Part shown: one piece after another, positions 8,741 to 18,353 of the stretch
Layout: every line of letters starts with the position of its first letter
Position numbering within the stretch: the stretch's first letter is position 1
Virus record (IMG/VR): IMGVR_UViG_3300042559_001081
Coordinates: 1-64,000 of that record
From: an uncultured virus (IMG/VR IMGVR_UViG_3300042559_001081)
Lineage: Duplodnaviria; Heunggongvirae; Uroviricota; Caudoviricetes
DNA: 64,000 nucleotides
Reading direction: 5' to 3' (one strand)
Position numbers and translations under genes: made by a program
The notes under the pieces: model-generated
Databases searched by the model: none
What the model was told of the DNA's origin: nothing
The model's input: only the letters and a program-made list of their open reading frames with translations

Positions 8741-9256
8741 ATGAGAAATAAAAAGATTAGCGAAGGACTATCAGAGTTAGCAGACACAACAGATCGTGAT
8801 CATGAAATTCAGATGGCTCGTGCAGAATTATATAAAATTGCAGATTATGCTATCCAACTACATAATCTATTAAGAAATATTTCAGAAGAAGAAGGTCTAG
8901 AAGCCTGGCAACAATCAAAAATAACAAAAGCAGCCGATTATGTTGGCTCTGTATTCCATGCACTATCATACGATAAGAAAGTTCAACCTTCAGTCGGATC
9001 ACCTACACCGCCAATGGCATCAAGTCCTGCACAGCTAGGAATGTCAGAATCCGATATCAAAAACTATAAGTCGTTGCTTGAAAAAGCAAAGTCAAGAGCA
9101 CAACAAAAGTTTATGGGCATGGTTTATGCTGCAAAGAAAGGCGAAAAGCCTGCTAGTCCAGAAGTTGCTAAAGTTGCAAAAGGCATGAGTAAGAGTGATG
9201 CAAAAGACTTTGCAAAAACAAAGCACAAAGGTAAACCAGAGCACGTCAAGAAATAA
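8741..9256 (+). CDS. Two-module protein (helical N-module plus Lys-rich C-module), probable internal head protein
   Basis: DHEIQMARAEL...WQQSKITKAADY; LLE then KAKSRAQQKFMGMV...KTKHKGKPEHV. Confidence 0.75.
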   Translation: MRNKKISEGLSELADTTDRDHEIQMARAELYKIADYAIQLHNLLRNISEEEGLEAWQQSKITKAADYVGSVFHALSYDKKVQPSVGSPTPPMASSPAQLGMSESDIKNYKSLLEKAKSRAQQKFMGMVYAAKKGEKPASPEVAKVAKGMSKSDAKDFAKTKHKGKPEHVKK

Positions 9257-9852
9257 TGGAATATGCCGAGAATCTAGTTTGGAAAAATATTGATCCGGAC
9301 CATATGTGGATTCTTGATAAGCTAATACTGTCTAAAAAATTAAATTATACTAGTGGCCCGGTTGGTTTAGACGTACCAAAGCCGGGCCACTATATTGTTA
9401 GACCCTGTGTCAATATGCAAGGCTTAGGGTTAGGAGCACAACGAGTTTGGCTTGAAAAATCTACAAAGCATTTGCCTGTGGGATACTTTTGGTGTGAGTG
9501 GTTCGAAGGCAGACACTTGAGTATAGACTATCATCATGGTAAACAGGTTTTAGCAGTCGAAGGGCATAAACCTGATAACACATTTACACGATGGGATAGT
9601 TGGATTAAAGTTTCTGATAGACTAAAGATGCCCGATGTAATAAAACCTTTTGCTGAAATATACGAATGGATTAACATAGAGTATATCGGAAAGAAATGTA
9701 TAGAAGTACATTTTAGACACAATCAAGATTTTGAAAATAATATAACACATTTTATTCCTGTGTGGGAGGGCGACAGTACTGAGCCACCAGAAGGCTATTC
9801 TTACAAAGTGTATCCGGATGTACACGGAAGAATAGGTGCGTTTGTAAAATAA
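9256..9852 (+). CDS. Hypothetical protein, possibly ATP-grasp-like
   Basis: YIVRPxxNxxGxGxG, FWCEWFEG, NIEYIG...IEVHFR resemble ATP-grasp motifs (fold inferred). Confidence 0.55.
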   Translation: MEYAENLVWKNIDPDHMWILDKLILSKKLNYTSGPVGLDVPKPGHYIVRPCVNMQGLGLGAQRVWLEKSTKHLPVGYFWCEWFEGRHLSIDYHHGKQVLAVEGHKPDNTFTRWDSWIKVSDRLKMPDVIKPFAEIYEWINIEYIGKKCIEVHFRHNQDFENNITHFIPVWEGDSTEPPEGYSYKVYPDVHGRIGAFVK

Positions 9853-9855
9853 AAA

Positions 9856-9884
9856 TTGACTTTTTTGGTATCTTGTATTACATT
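9856..9884 (+). promoter_or_regulatory. Sigma70-type promoter
   Basis: TTGACT-17 nt-TACATT, then SD AAGGAG. Confidence 0.7.
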
Positions 9885-9902
9885 TACATAAAGGAGTACA
9901 CA

Positions 9903-10169
9903 ATGAGTGATAGAGTTTACGGACCAGAAGAAAAAGCTAAATTAGAAAGACTAGTAAAAGAAGGCGTTAGTGTTATGCAAGAAGTTGACGACCTTACTAG
10001 TAGTCTTAAAGACACAATTAAAAGTGTTGCAGAAGAATTAAATATAAAACCTACAATTATTAACAAAGCAATCAAAGTTGCAATGAAGCGTGATTGGAAT
10101 AAACATCAAGACGCATTCGAGGATCTAGAAACCCTTGTTTCTACCTTGGGCTACGACAAAGATGCTTGA
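9903..10169 (+). CDS. dsDNA-binding protein (T4 DsbA/GapR-like)
   Basis: Start after SD AAGGAG; helical LKDTIKSVAEELNIKPTIINKAIK pattern. Confidence 0.65.
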   Translation: MSDRVYGPEEKAKLERLVKEGVSVMQEVDDLTSSLKDTIKSVAEELNIKPTIINKAIKVAMKRDWNKHQDAFEDLETLVSTLGYDKDA

Positions 10170-10395
10170 ACCGATAATACATAAAGATATTTTAGGAAAT
10201 GAAATTAAACTAGGGGATACTGTTGTATACCCTAGTCATAACTCTTTAAAAATAGCAGTTGTAAAAAAAATTAATCCTAAAATGATAAATGTTGTAGCAG
10301 TAGGACGTAGCTGGCCTGACAGAAAGTATTCCACTGATCTGTTGGTTGTTAACGATCCTAAAATTACAATATACATTTTAAAAAATACTAAGTAA
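10162..10395 (+). CDS. Small SH3/KOW-like hypothetical protein
   Basis: KDILGNEIKLGDTVVY...VKKINPKMI. Confidence 0.6.
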   Translation: MLEPIIHKDILGNEIKLGDTVVYPSHNSLKIAVVKKINPKMINVVAVGRSWPDRKYSTDLLVVNDPKITIYILKNTK

Positions 10396-10457
10396 TCTAT
10401 AGAGTCGCTCACTTAAGAGCATGTAGATGGTAAGTTGGCCAAGAAACAACAAAGGAG
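10395..10457 (+). promoter_or_regulatory. Structured 5' leader of DNA polymerase gene (nested hairpin plus H-type pseudoknot abutting SD)
   Basis: ATCTAT/GTAGAT and GCTC/GAGC stems; TGGT/GCCA and GTTG/CAAC interleaved; SD AAGGAG at 10452-10457. Confidence 0.5.
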
Positions 10458-10463
10458 TAATAA

Positions 10464-13130
10464 GTGCCGTACGTTGACGCAATGTTCGATAGAGATAATG
10501 ATATTATCCGATTAGTCGAACGAAAAGATGGTAAAAGAATTTATCAAGAATATCCAGTAAAATATACTTTCTATTACGGTGATCCTAAAGGCAAATATAA
10601 AAGCGTTTATGGTGATCCGCTTAGTAGAATAGTCTGCAAGAATACTAAAGACTATAGAAAAGAACTTGCAATTAACAAAAATAAAACACTATTCGAGTCT
10701 GACATTAATCCTATTTTTCAATGCTTAAGTGAAAATTATGAAAATCAAGATGCACCAAAGTTAAACGTTGCATTTTTTGACATCGAGACCGACTTTGATC
10801 CTGAGAGAGGATTCGCTCCAACAAACGATCCCTTCATGCCAATTACGGCAATTACAGTTCATTTGCAATGGTTAGATGCATTAATTACGCTGGCTGTTCC
10901 TCCAAAAACTCTCACAATGGAACAAGCTAAAGAACTTTGCGTTGAATGGGGTGACTCATGTATACTGTTCGAAAAAGAAGCAGACATGCTTGATACATTT
11001 CTTGACTTAATACAAGACGCTGACATTTTAAGCGGTTGGAACTCAGAAGGGTATGACGTTCCTTATACTGTAAATAGAGTAGCTCGTGTACTAAGTAAGA
11101 ACGACACTAGAAGATTCTGTTTGTGGGATCAACATCCCAAAAAACGAGAATACGAAAAATATGGAAAAACTTCTGAGACATATGATTTTGTAGGCCGTGT
11201 GCATATTGACTCGCTAGAGCTTTATAGAAAATACACATACGAAGAACGTCATAGCTATAGACTTGACGCGATCGGCGAAATGGAGATCGGCGAAAACAAA
11301 ACTGTTTACGAAGGTACGCTAGATCAACTGTATAACAACGACTTTAGAACTTTTATTGAATACAACAGACAAGACGTTGCACTACTCGACAAACTAGATA
11401 AAAAACTTCGTTTTATTGATCTAGCAAATGAAATTGCACATGATAATACAGTTCTATTGCAAACTATTATGGGTGCCGTAGCTGTTACTGAACAAGCTAT
11501 TATTAACGAAGCACACAGACGAGGTATGCAAGTTCCTAACAGACGTGATCACGGCGGTAACACTCAAGCTGCCGGTGCGTATGTTGCATATCCTAAAAAA
11601 GGGTTGCATCAGTGGATTGGTTCTATGGACTTAAACAGTTTGTATCCATCTGTTATTAGAGCGTTGAACATGGCGCCAGAAAGTATCGTTGGGCAATTAA
11701 GACCTGAATATACAGATCAATATATCTACGAACAAATGACGTTGCATAAAAAGAGTTTTGCGGCAGCATGGGAAGGCCTATTTGGTACTTTTGAATATAT
11801 GTGGGTTATGGAACAGCGTAGAGATAAAACAATTACAATCGACTGGGAAGACGGAAGATCGGATGTTTTAAGCGGTGCTGAAATTTATAAATTAATGTTT
11901 GACAGCAACATGCCGTGGATGATTAGTGCCAATGGCACTATATTTACACACGAGTTTGAATCTGTTATTCCTGGATTGTTAGCTCGCTGGTATAAAGAAC
12001 GTAAAGAACTACAAGCAATGCTTAAAAAAGCAAAGGATGCAGGAAACGAAACAGAAATTTCGTTCTGGGATAAGCGACAGCTAGTTAAGAAAATTAACCT
12101 TAATAGTTTATATGGTGCTATTCTAAATCCAGGTTGCAGATTCTTTGATAAAAGAATAGGTCAGTCAACTACACTCACCGGTAGACAGATTGCAAAACAC
12201 ATGGCTGGAAAAGTAAATGAAATAGTTACTGGCGATTATAACCATGTTGGACAAGCTGTAATCTACGGTGATACAGACTCTGTATATTTTAGTGCGTATC
12301 CAACACTTAAAAACGAGATCAATGCAGGAAAAATACCGTGGAGTAAAGAAAACGTTGTTACATTGTATGATCAGATTGCCAACGAAGTAAACAAAACATT
12401 TAGTGATTTTATGGGAAGTGCATTCCATTGCCCAAAAACTCGTGCCGAAGTTATTAAAGCAGGTCGCGAAATTGTAGGCGAAACTGGATTGTTTATTACT
12501 AAGAAACGCTATGCTGTTCTAGTGTATGACGAAGAAGGCAAGCGTAAAGATATCGACGGTAAGCCAGGTAAAATAAAAGCAATGGGTCTTGATCTTAAAC
12601 GCTCCGATACGCCAGTATTCATGCAAGACTTTTTGTATGATCTTTTAACTATGGTATTGCTACAAGAACCTGAAAAAGCAATTCTCGATAGTATTACAAA
12701 ATTTAGAAGAGACTTTAAATCTAGACCTGGTTACGAAAAAGGTTCTCCTAAACGTGCTAATAACATTCAAGCATATCAACGAGAAGAAGCAAAACTCGGA
12801 AGAGCTAACATGCCTGGACATGTTAGGGCAAGTATTAACTGGAATACATTAAAACGCATGAACGGTGATCGATATTCACAAGAGATTGTTGACGGTATGA
12901 AAGTTATTGTTTGCAAGGTAAAACAAAATCCTCTAGGATTTACCAGTGTCGCATATCCAACTGACGAACTGCGTTTACCTCAGTGGTTTAAAGAATTGCC
13001 GTTTGATGATAGTGCAATGGAAGAAGTTATCATTGATAACAAGCTTGATAACCTAATCGGAGTTCTAGATTACGATTTGCAGTCAACAAAGCAAAACACA
13101 ACTTTTAATTCTTTATTTGAATGGGAATAA
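10464..13130 (+). CDS. gp43: Family B DNA polymerase with 3'-5' exonuclease (T4 gp43-like)
   Basis: DIETD, GWNSEGYD, YNRQD exonuclease motifs; DLNSLYPS, KINLNSLYG, YGDTDS, KKRY; GTG start. Confidence 0.97.
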   Translation: MPYVDAMFDRDNDIIRLVERKDGKRIYQEYPVKYTFYYGDPKGKYKSVYGDPLSRIVCKNTKDYRKELAINKNKTLFESDINPIFQCLSENYENQDAPKLNVAFFDIETDFDPERGFAPTNDPFMPITAITVHLQWLDALITLAVPPKTLTMEQAKELCVEWGDSCILFEKEADMLDTFLDLIQDADILSGWNSEGYDVPYTVNRVARVLSKNDTRRFCLWDQHPKKREYEKYGKTSETYDFVGRVHIDSLELYRKYTYEERHSYRLDAIGEMEIGENKTVYEGTLDQLYNNDFRTFIEYNRQDVALLDKLDKKLRFIDLANEIAHDNTVLLQTIMGAVAVTEQAIINEAHRRGMQVPNRRDHGGNTQAAGAYVAYPKKGLHQWIGSMDLNSLYPSVIRALNMAPESIVGQLRPEYTDQYIYEQMTLHKKSFAAAWEGLFGTFEYMWVMEQRRDKTITIDWEDGRSDVLSGAEIYKLMFDSNMPWMISANGTIFTHEFESVIPGLLARWYKERKELQAMLKKAKDAGNETEISFWDKRQLVKKINLNSLYGAILNPGCRFFDKRIGQSTTLTGRQIAKHMAGKVNEIVTGDYNHVGQAVIYGDTDSVYFSAYPTLKNEINAGKIPWSKENVVTLYDQIANEVNKTFSDFMGSAFHCPKTRAEVIKAGREIVGETGLFITKKRYAVLVYDEEGKRKDIDGKPGKIKAMGLDLKRSDTPVFMQDFLYDLLTMVLLQEPEKAILDSITKFRRDFKSRPGYEKGSPKRANNIQAYQREEAKLGRANMPGHVRASINWNTLKRMNGDRYSQEIVDGMKVIVCKVKQNPLGFTSVAYPTDELRLPQWFKELPFDDSAMEEVIIDNKLDNLIGVLDYDLQSTKQNTTFNSLFEWE

Positions 13131-13131
13131 T

Positions 13132-13566
13132 ATGAAAGTAGGTATAGTATTTTCAACATTTGATCTTCTTCATGCCGGGCATATAGGAATGCTGCGTGAA
13201 GCAAAACAACATTGCGATTATCTTATTGTAGGATTACAAACAGATCCTACAATAGATAGGCCTACTACAAAAAATAAACCTGTGCAAACATTGGTAGAAC
13301 GTTATGCACAATTAAATGCTGTTAAGTTTGTTGATGAAATTGTTCCATATCAAACCGAAGAAGACGTGATTGATATATTAGAACTTTTTGAAATTGATAT
13401 AAGATTTTTAGGTGAAGAGTATCGAGAACAAGACTTTACAGGTAAAGACGTATGTCGAAAGCGTGGTATCGAACTACACTTTAATAAACGAGATCATAGA
13501 TTCAGCAGTAGTGGTTTGCGTCGCAGAGTAGCAGAGGCAGAAAAAGATGCACGACAAGGATCTTGA
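13132..13566 (+). CDS. Cytidylyltransferase (TagD/RfaE-II-like)
   Basis: STFDLLHAGH, LIVGLQTD, FSSSGLR. Confidence 0.9.
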   Translation: MKVGIVFSTFDLLHAGHIGMLREAKQHCDYLIVGLQTDPTIDRPTTKNKPVQTLVERYAQLNAVKFVDEIVPYQTEEDVIDILELFEIDIRFLGEEYREQDFTGKDVCRKRGIELHFNKRDHRFSSSGLRRRVAEAEKDARQGS

Positions 13567-13744
13567 GATTTACAACTTAATAGCACGTCTAGAAGAAAAG
13601 ATTAACAATTTAATCAACTCTACTGAAAGACAAGAGCAAGAATTAACTTTGCTTAGAAATGAATTCGAACTTGTTAAAAACGAAGGTTGTTGGCTTTCTA
13701 AACAAAATCCAGATCATGTACACGGAGATTTTAAACATGAATAA
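13547..13744 (+). CDS. Small coiled-coil hypothetical protein
   Basis: Overlapping ORF in the operon, heptad pattern. Confidence 0.55.
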   Translation: MHDKDLEIYNLIARLEEKINNLINSTERQEQELTLLRNEFELVKNEGCWLSKQNPDHVHGDFKHE

Positions 13745-14459
13745 ATTTATCTTTGATGTTGATGGAACATTAACTCCTAGCAGAATGCCAATTGACAAAA
13801 ACTTTGCTGAATACTTTATATCTTTTTGCAATGATAATTCTGTTTATCTAGTTACCGGTTCTGACTATGCTAAAACTCTTGAACAATTAGGAGAAGACAT
13901 TTGTCTTTCTGTAAAAAAAGTATACAATTGTTCCGGAAACGAAGTACGAGAAAAAGAAACATTGGTTAAATCAAGCGATTGGTCTTTATCCAAAAATGCA
14001 AAAGAATGGCTGTTAAATCAACTGTCTCAAAGTTCTTTTCCTTTAAGAACTGGCAATCATATTGAAGAACGTACCGGAACTGTGAATTTTAGCGTTGTTG
14101 GTAGAAATGCAACTTTAAAAGAAAGAATGATGTATGTTCAATACGACCGTATGACTAATGAACGAGAATTGATTGCAACAGATTTTAATCTTACATTTGA
14201 CACATTGGATGCAAAGGTCGGTGGTGAAACAGGAATCGATATCTTTTTAAAAGGACACGACAAACGTCAGATTATTAAAGATTTTAGTAAGCAACATAAA
14301 CTTATCTTTTTTGGAGATAGGATGGATATTAAAGGAAATGATTATCCTTTAAAGAATGAAATTGAAACTAATAACCGAGGTATTTGTTATAACGTTAAAG
14401 ATTGGCAAGATACTTACGAACGGTTAATGTATTTGCAGGAGGCCAAGATAGCAGCATGA
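13737..14459 (+). CDS. HAD IIB hydrolase, phosphomannomutase (PMM1/2)-like
   Basis: FDVDGTLT, LVTGSD, IEERTGTVNFSVVGR, FFGDR..GNDY; SD GGAG before ATG 13737. Confidence 0.85.
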   Translation: MNKFIFDVDGTLTPSRMPIDKNFAEYFISFCNDNSVYLVTGSDYAKTLEQLGEDICLSVKKVYNCSGNEVREKETLVKSSDWSLSKNAKEWLLNQLSQSSFPLRTGNHIEERTGTVNFSVVGRNATLKERMMYVQYDRMTNERELIATDFNLTFDTLDAKVGGETGIDIFLKGHDKRQIIKDFSKQHKLIFFGDRMDIKGNDYPLKNEIETNNRGICYNVKDWQDTYERLMYLQEAKIAA

Positions 14460-15211
14460 TAGTAATTGCAGGATTTGGATTTGTTGGCAAAGCGTATTAC
14501 AACGCTTTTAAATCATATAGAAGCATCGAAATTGTAGACCCTAAGTATAACAACAATAAAATAAAAGACATGGAAAAACTTAGAGGCGTAATAGTTTGTG
14601 TATCAACGCCGCAAGGAGACGACGGAAGTTGTTATATGGATAATGTTTACAATGTTGTCTCTGACGTTCCTGAACATGTTCCTATAATGATAAAAAGTAC
14701 AATTAGTTTAGAGGGATGGGATCAACTAGCAGAAAAATTTCCCAATCATCAAATAACATTTAGCCCAGAGTTTTTACGAGCAGCAACAGCCGATGCTGAT
14801 GTAAAGAATACAACTCATGTCTTTTTAGCAGGAGGAAATACTGATTACTGGAGAGACTTTTATAGTTTTGCCTTTCCTGAAGCTAAAATTACAATATGTT
14901 TGCCACAAGAAGCAATTGCAATTAAATATTTTAGGAATTCATTTTTAGCAACAAAGTGTAGTTTCTTTAATGAAGTATACGATTTTTGTCAAGCTATTGG
15001 GCTAGATTACAACAACGTTCGCTACGGTATTGCAGCAGATTCTAGAATAGGCGATAGTCATACATTTATTGAACCACTTGCACGTGGTTGGGGCGGATAT
15101 TGTTTTCCTAAAGACACTTCTGCTCTTCTAAAAATGGCAGAGAATAATAACGTAAATCTAAATACACTTGATGCGGCAGTTAAATCTAATGATATAATTA
15201 GAAAAAAATAA
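14456..15211 (+). CDS. ugd: UDP-glucose/GDP-mannose dehydrogenase family protein (short form)
   Basis: GFGFVG, VCVSTP, IKSTI, SPEFLR, KYFRNSFLA, GWGGYCFPKD. Confidence 0.85.
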   Translation: MIVIAGFGFVGKAYYNAFKSYRSIEIVDPKYNNNKIKDMEKLRGVIVCVSTPQGDDGSCYMDNVYNVVSDVPEHVPIMIKSTISLEGWDQLAEKFPNHQITFSPEFLRAATADADVKNTTHVFLAGGNTDYWRDFYSFAFPEAKITICLPQEAIAIKYFRNSFLATKCSFFNEVYDFCQAIGLDYNNVRYGIAADSRIGDSHTFIEPLARGWGGYCFPKDTSALLKMAENNNVNLNTLDAAVKSNDIIRKK

Positions 15212-15259
15212 TTGACTTTTAGGCAATATAATATAAAATAAAACAAATTGGAGAAAAAT

Positions 15260-15988
15260 ATGAAAGACATTTTACAAGACATCGTTTCGCACACATATAG
15301 CTTAGGCTTTATTACTACACTTAAAGTTACAGCAGATAATAACACATCAATTGATAGTATGGCAGATGACAGATCTGTTATCATAACCGGAGTTACACAC
15401 AAACCGGTTGCAGAATTTACTGGTGTTTTTGGTATGCCAGATCTCGGCAAACTTGCATATCACTTAAAGAATCCTGAATACAAAGAAAAAGCCAAGATCG
15501 ACGTTAAACAAGAAGATCGTAATGGCGAACTTATTCCAACACACATTCATTTTGAGAATTCTGCAGGAGACTTTCAAAACGATTACAGATTTATGAATCG
15601 TGCAGTTATTGAAGAAAAACTTAAATCAGTTAAGTTTAAGGGAAATAGCTGGGATGTTGAGATAGAGCCATCTATGGCATCAATATCAAGAATGAAATTA
15701 ATGGCCGGTGCCCATTCAGAAGAACTTGTTTTTTATGTTAAAACAGAAAATGGAGATCTTAATTTTTACTTCGGTGATGCAAGTACACACGCTGGTAAGT
15801 TTACATTCCAACATGGAATTACAGGAAAACTTACACATAGCTGGGCGTGGCCTGTTTCGCAAACTATTGCAATTTTAAATCTCGACGGCGACAAAAAGCT
15901 ATCAATTACTGACCAAGGTGCTATGAAAATTACAGTTGATAGCGGTATGGCTAAGTACGATTATATACTTCCGGCACAACAAAAATAA
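15260..15988 (+). CDS. gp45: DNA polymerase sliding clamp (T4 gp45-like)
   Basis: About 242 aa near pol; FGMPDLGKL and C-terminal KYDYILPA resemble phage clamps; SD GGAG. Confidence 0.65.
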   Translation: MKDILQDIVSHTYSLGFITTLKVTADNNTSIDSMADDRSVIITGVTHKPVAEFTGVFGMPDLGKLAYHLKNPEYKEKAKIDVKQEDRNGELIPTHIHFENSAGDFQNDYRFMNRAVIEEKLKSVKFKGNSWDVEIEPSMASISRMKLMAGAHSEELVFYVKTENGDLNFYFGDASTHAGKFTFQHGITGKLTHSWAWPVSQTIAILNLDGDKKLSITDQGAMKITVDSGMAKYDYILPAQQK

Positions 15989-15998
15989 GGAGTTAGCT

Positions 15999-16406
15999 AT
16001 GGATCAGTTTGATATTACTGAATTTGCTAAAATGTTTGACGCAGCACTTGCGTCAGACAACCCAGCAGTTAAAAAAGCACTGCGTAACTTTATGATGGTA
16101 GCTGCCATTGTTCATGCTCAAGAATTAAATGAAGATGAACGACTAATGGGTCCATTCGAGGCATTGCTTAAAAAAGTACAATCTCTTGAGAGCATGGTGC
16201 GAGAATTACAAAACAATCGTACATACAAAGACCAATATAAAGATTATTATAATTCCAATCCAACTTGGGTATATCAACCTACCACAAGCATAAGCACTAC
16301 TAGCGGTACTTCCAGTGACGCTAAAACTTGGAAAGGTACGTACAACGGCCAACCAATCGACCCTTCTGAGATCTATGAGTTATTGAAAGATTTAAAATTT
16401 AAATGA
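15999..16406 (+). CDS. Hypothetical protein
   Basis: SD AAGGAG before MDQFD. Confidence 0.7.
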   Translation: MDQFDITEFAKMFDAALASDNPAVKKALRNFMMVAAIVHAQELNEDERLMGPFEALLKKVQSLESMVRELQNNRTYKDQYKDYYNSNPTWVYQPTTSISTTSGTSSDAKTWKGTYNGQPIDPSEIYELLKDLKFK

Positions 16407-17968
16407 AAACAAATCTAACAGAAACACAAAACGACTACGCTGTATTCTTGCCTAGTATCAGCGGCTTTTACGCTACATTCGTAGGCAAACAACGTTATGG
16501 AGAATATGTAGATCCGACTCGTGTTCCTGAAGGCATTGGTGAAGTAGAAGCATTAAACTTTTTAAACCCAAGCAAAGGAGCCTTCCATTATAAGTGGGCT
16601 CTTTATAGTGCTGGACATGCGGAACTTGATACTGCTAAATTTAGTGAAAAAGAAGATATGCTACGCAACCGTGATAGAAACAACAGTTGGTTGCTAGGAG
16701 ACTCGGGCGGGTTCCAGATTGCTAAAGGACTTTGGGAGGGCGACTGGACTGATCCAAACTGCCCTAAAGCACAAAAGAAACGTGAATTAGTTGTAAACTG
16801 GATGGAAGCATACATGGACTATGGCATGATGCTGGATATTCCAACTTGGACTTTCCAAGATAAGAAAGCTGCAAAAGCAGCCAATATTCACAGTTATCAA
16901 GATGCAGTTGATGCTACTCACATTAACGCAAGATATTACATGGCTAATCGTCGTGGTAACTTTAAAGTGCTGAACGTATTGCAAGGCAGCAATCATGCAG
17001 ATGCCGACAACTGGTATAACGAATTTAAAGATTATTGTGATCCTAAAAAATATCCAGAAACACATTTTAATGGGTGGGCTATGGGTGGCCAGAACATGTG
17101 TGATGTACATTTAATTTTACGTCGACTTGTACACATGATACACGATGGGTTGCTTGAGACTGGCGTTCACGATGTTATGCACTTCTTAGGCACTAGCAAA
17201 TTAGAATGGGCAGTACTGCTTACTGACATTCAACGTGCTGTTAGAAAATATCACAATCCTAACTTTATGATTACATACGACTGTGCAAGTCCATTCCTTG
17301 CTACTGCAAACGGACAGGTGTATCACAGCATTAGAATCGAAGATCGAGGCAAGTGGAGTTATATGATGAGTCCAAGTGCAGACGACAAGAAATATGCTAC
17401 TGATACAAGACCTTTTAAAGATGCCGTTGAACAAGATGGTATATTAGAAGCATTTGAGGATTCGCCTATAAGCAAGCATCTACAAATCAAAGATGTTTGT
17501 ATCTATAAACCAGGAGACCTAAATAAAGTAGGCAACGAAGGCAGAACCAGCTGGGATAGCTTTAGCTATGCACTGCAAATGGGACACAATGTTTGGATGC
17601 ATATCGAAAGTACGCAACGTGCAAATGAAAAATACGATGAAGGATTATTTCCTTACATGTTAATAAATGAAAAGTTTGAAAGAACTACATTTAAAGATCT
17701 TGTAGATGAAATTTTTAGTCTAAAAGATAGAGCCAAGAGTCTTAAATTAATTGACGACAATAGTAGATTTTGGATGCAGGTGATAGGAACTAGACTTAAC
17801 GTTGGTAAAAAAGCTGTCAATGCTCTTACAAATTATCAAAAATTAACTGAAGAGTCACACACAGAAATTACTAGCGAAATGCTCAGCGAAGAAGAATTAG
17901 CTCGTTGGGAGAAGAAAAAAATCAAAACAAAGTCGTATATGCCAAATGATCTATGGGAGAATAGTTAA
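16403..17968 (+). CDS. dpdA: tRNA-guanine transglycosylase-like protein (DpdA-type DNA 7-deazaguanine insertion enzyme)
   Basis: TGT motifs DSGGFQ, MMLDIP, VLQG, GWAMGG, HFLG, TYDCAS; clustered with folE, queE and a QueD-like gene. Confidence 0.8.
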   Translation: MKTNLTETQNDYAVFLPSISGFYATFVGKQRYGEYVDPTRVPEGIGEVEALNFLNPSKGAFHYKWALYSAGHAELDTAKFSEKEDMLRNRDRNNSWLLGDSGGFQIAKGLWEGDWTDPNCPKAQKKRELVVNWMEAYMDYGMMLDIPTWTFQDKKAAKAANIHSYQDAVDATHINARYYMANRRGNFKVLNVLQGSNHADADNWYNEFKDYCDPKKYPETHFNGWAMGGQNMCDVHLILRRLVHMIHDGLLETGVHDVMHFLGTSKLEWAVLLTDIQRAVRKYHNPNFMITYDCASPFLATANGQVYHSIRIEDRGKWSYMMSPSADDKKYATDTRPFKDAVEQDGILEAFEDSPISKHLQIKDVCIYKPGDLNKVGNEGRTSWDSFSYALQMGHNVWMHIESTQRANEKYDEGLFPYMLINEKFERTTFKDLVDEIFSLKDRAKSLKLIDDNSRFWMQVIGTRLNVGKKAVNALTNYQKLTEESHTEITSEMLSEEELARWEKKKIKTKSYMPNDLWENS

Positions 17969-18193
17969 ATGAGTAATTATGAAGATGAAAACGACAAGTT
18001 AAAAGCCCATCTAGAAGAACTAAAAAGAAAACACAAAGATTTAGATACTTACATTAAATCAGAATTTAATAATCAAAATTTAATTCCAGAAGTATATAAA
18101 TTAAAAACACAAAAGCTATGGCTCAAAGATGAGATACACAGAATTGAAAACAAGTTATTAAATTCCGGTAATATTGTAAATGGTACTGTCTGA
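17969..18193 (+). CDS. YdcH/DUF465-like coiled-coil protein
   Basis: LEELKRKHKDLD...LKTQKLWLKDEI. Confidence 0.7.
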   Translation: MSNYEDENDKLKAHLEELKRKHKDLDTYIKSEFNNQNLIPEVYKLKTQKLWLKDEIHRIENKLLNSGNIVNGTV

Positions 18194-18353
18194 AAAAAGT
18201 TTAAAATTAGAAGCATTAGAAATTGCTTTAAAAGATTTAGATCGTATAATAGAAGCATTAAAATCTCAAGAATATCCGCAAGAACAGATAAACGAATACG
18301 TTAAGAAACGCTGGGCTGTTTGGAATGAAATATATCAGGTAAGAAAATTATGA
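18180..18353 (+). CDS. 57-aa hypothetical protein MVLSEKSLKLEALEIAL...IYQVRKL (not in ORF track)
   Basis: Manually translated; fills the gap; ATGA overlap with 18350. Confidence 0.65.
   Translation: MVLSEKSLKLEALEIALKDLDRIIEALKSQEYPQEQINEYVKKRWAVWNEIYQVRKL

Noticed and set aside
10464..13130. Intein, intron or split in the DNA polymerase
   Set aside because: All exonuclease and polymerase motifs are contiguous in a normal-length 888-aa ORF
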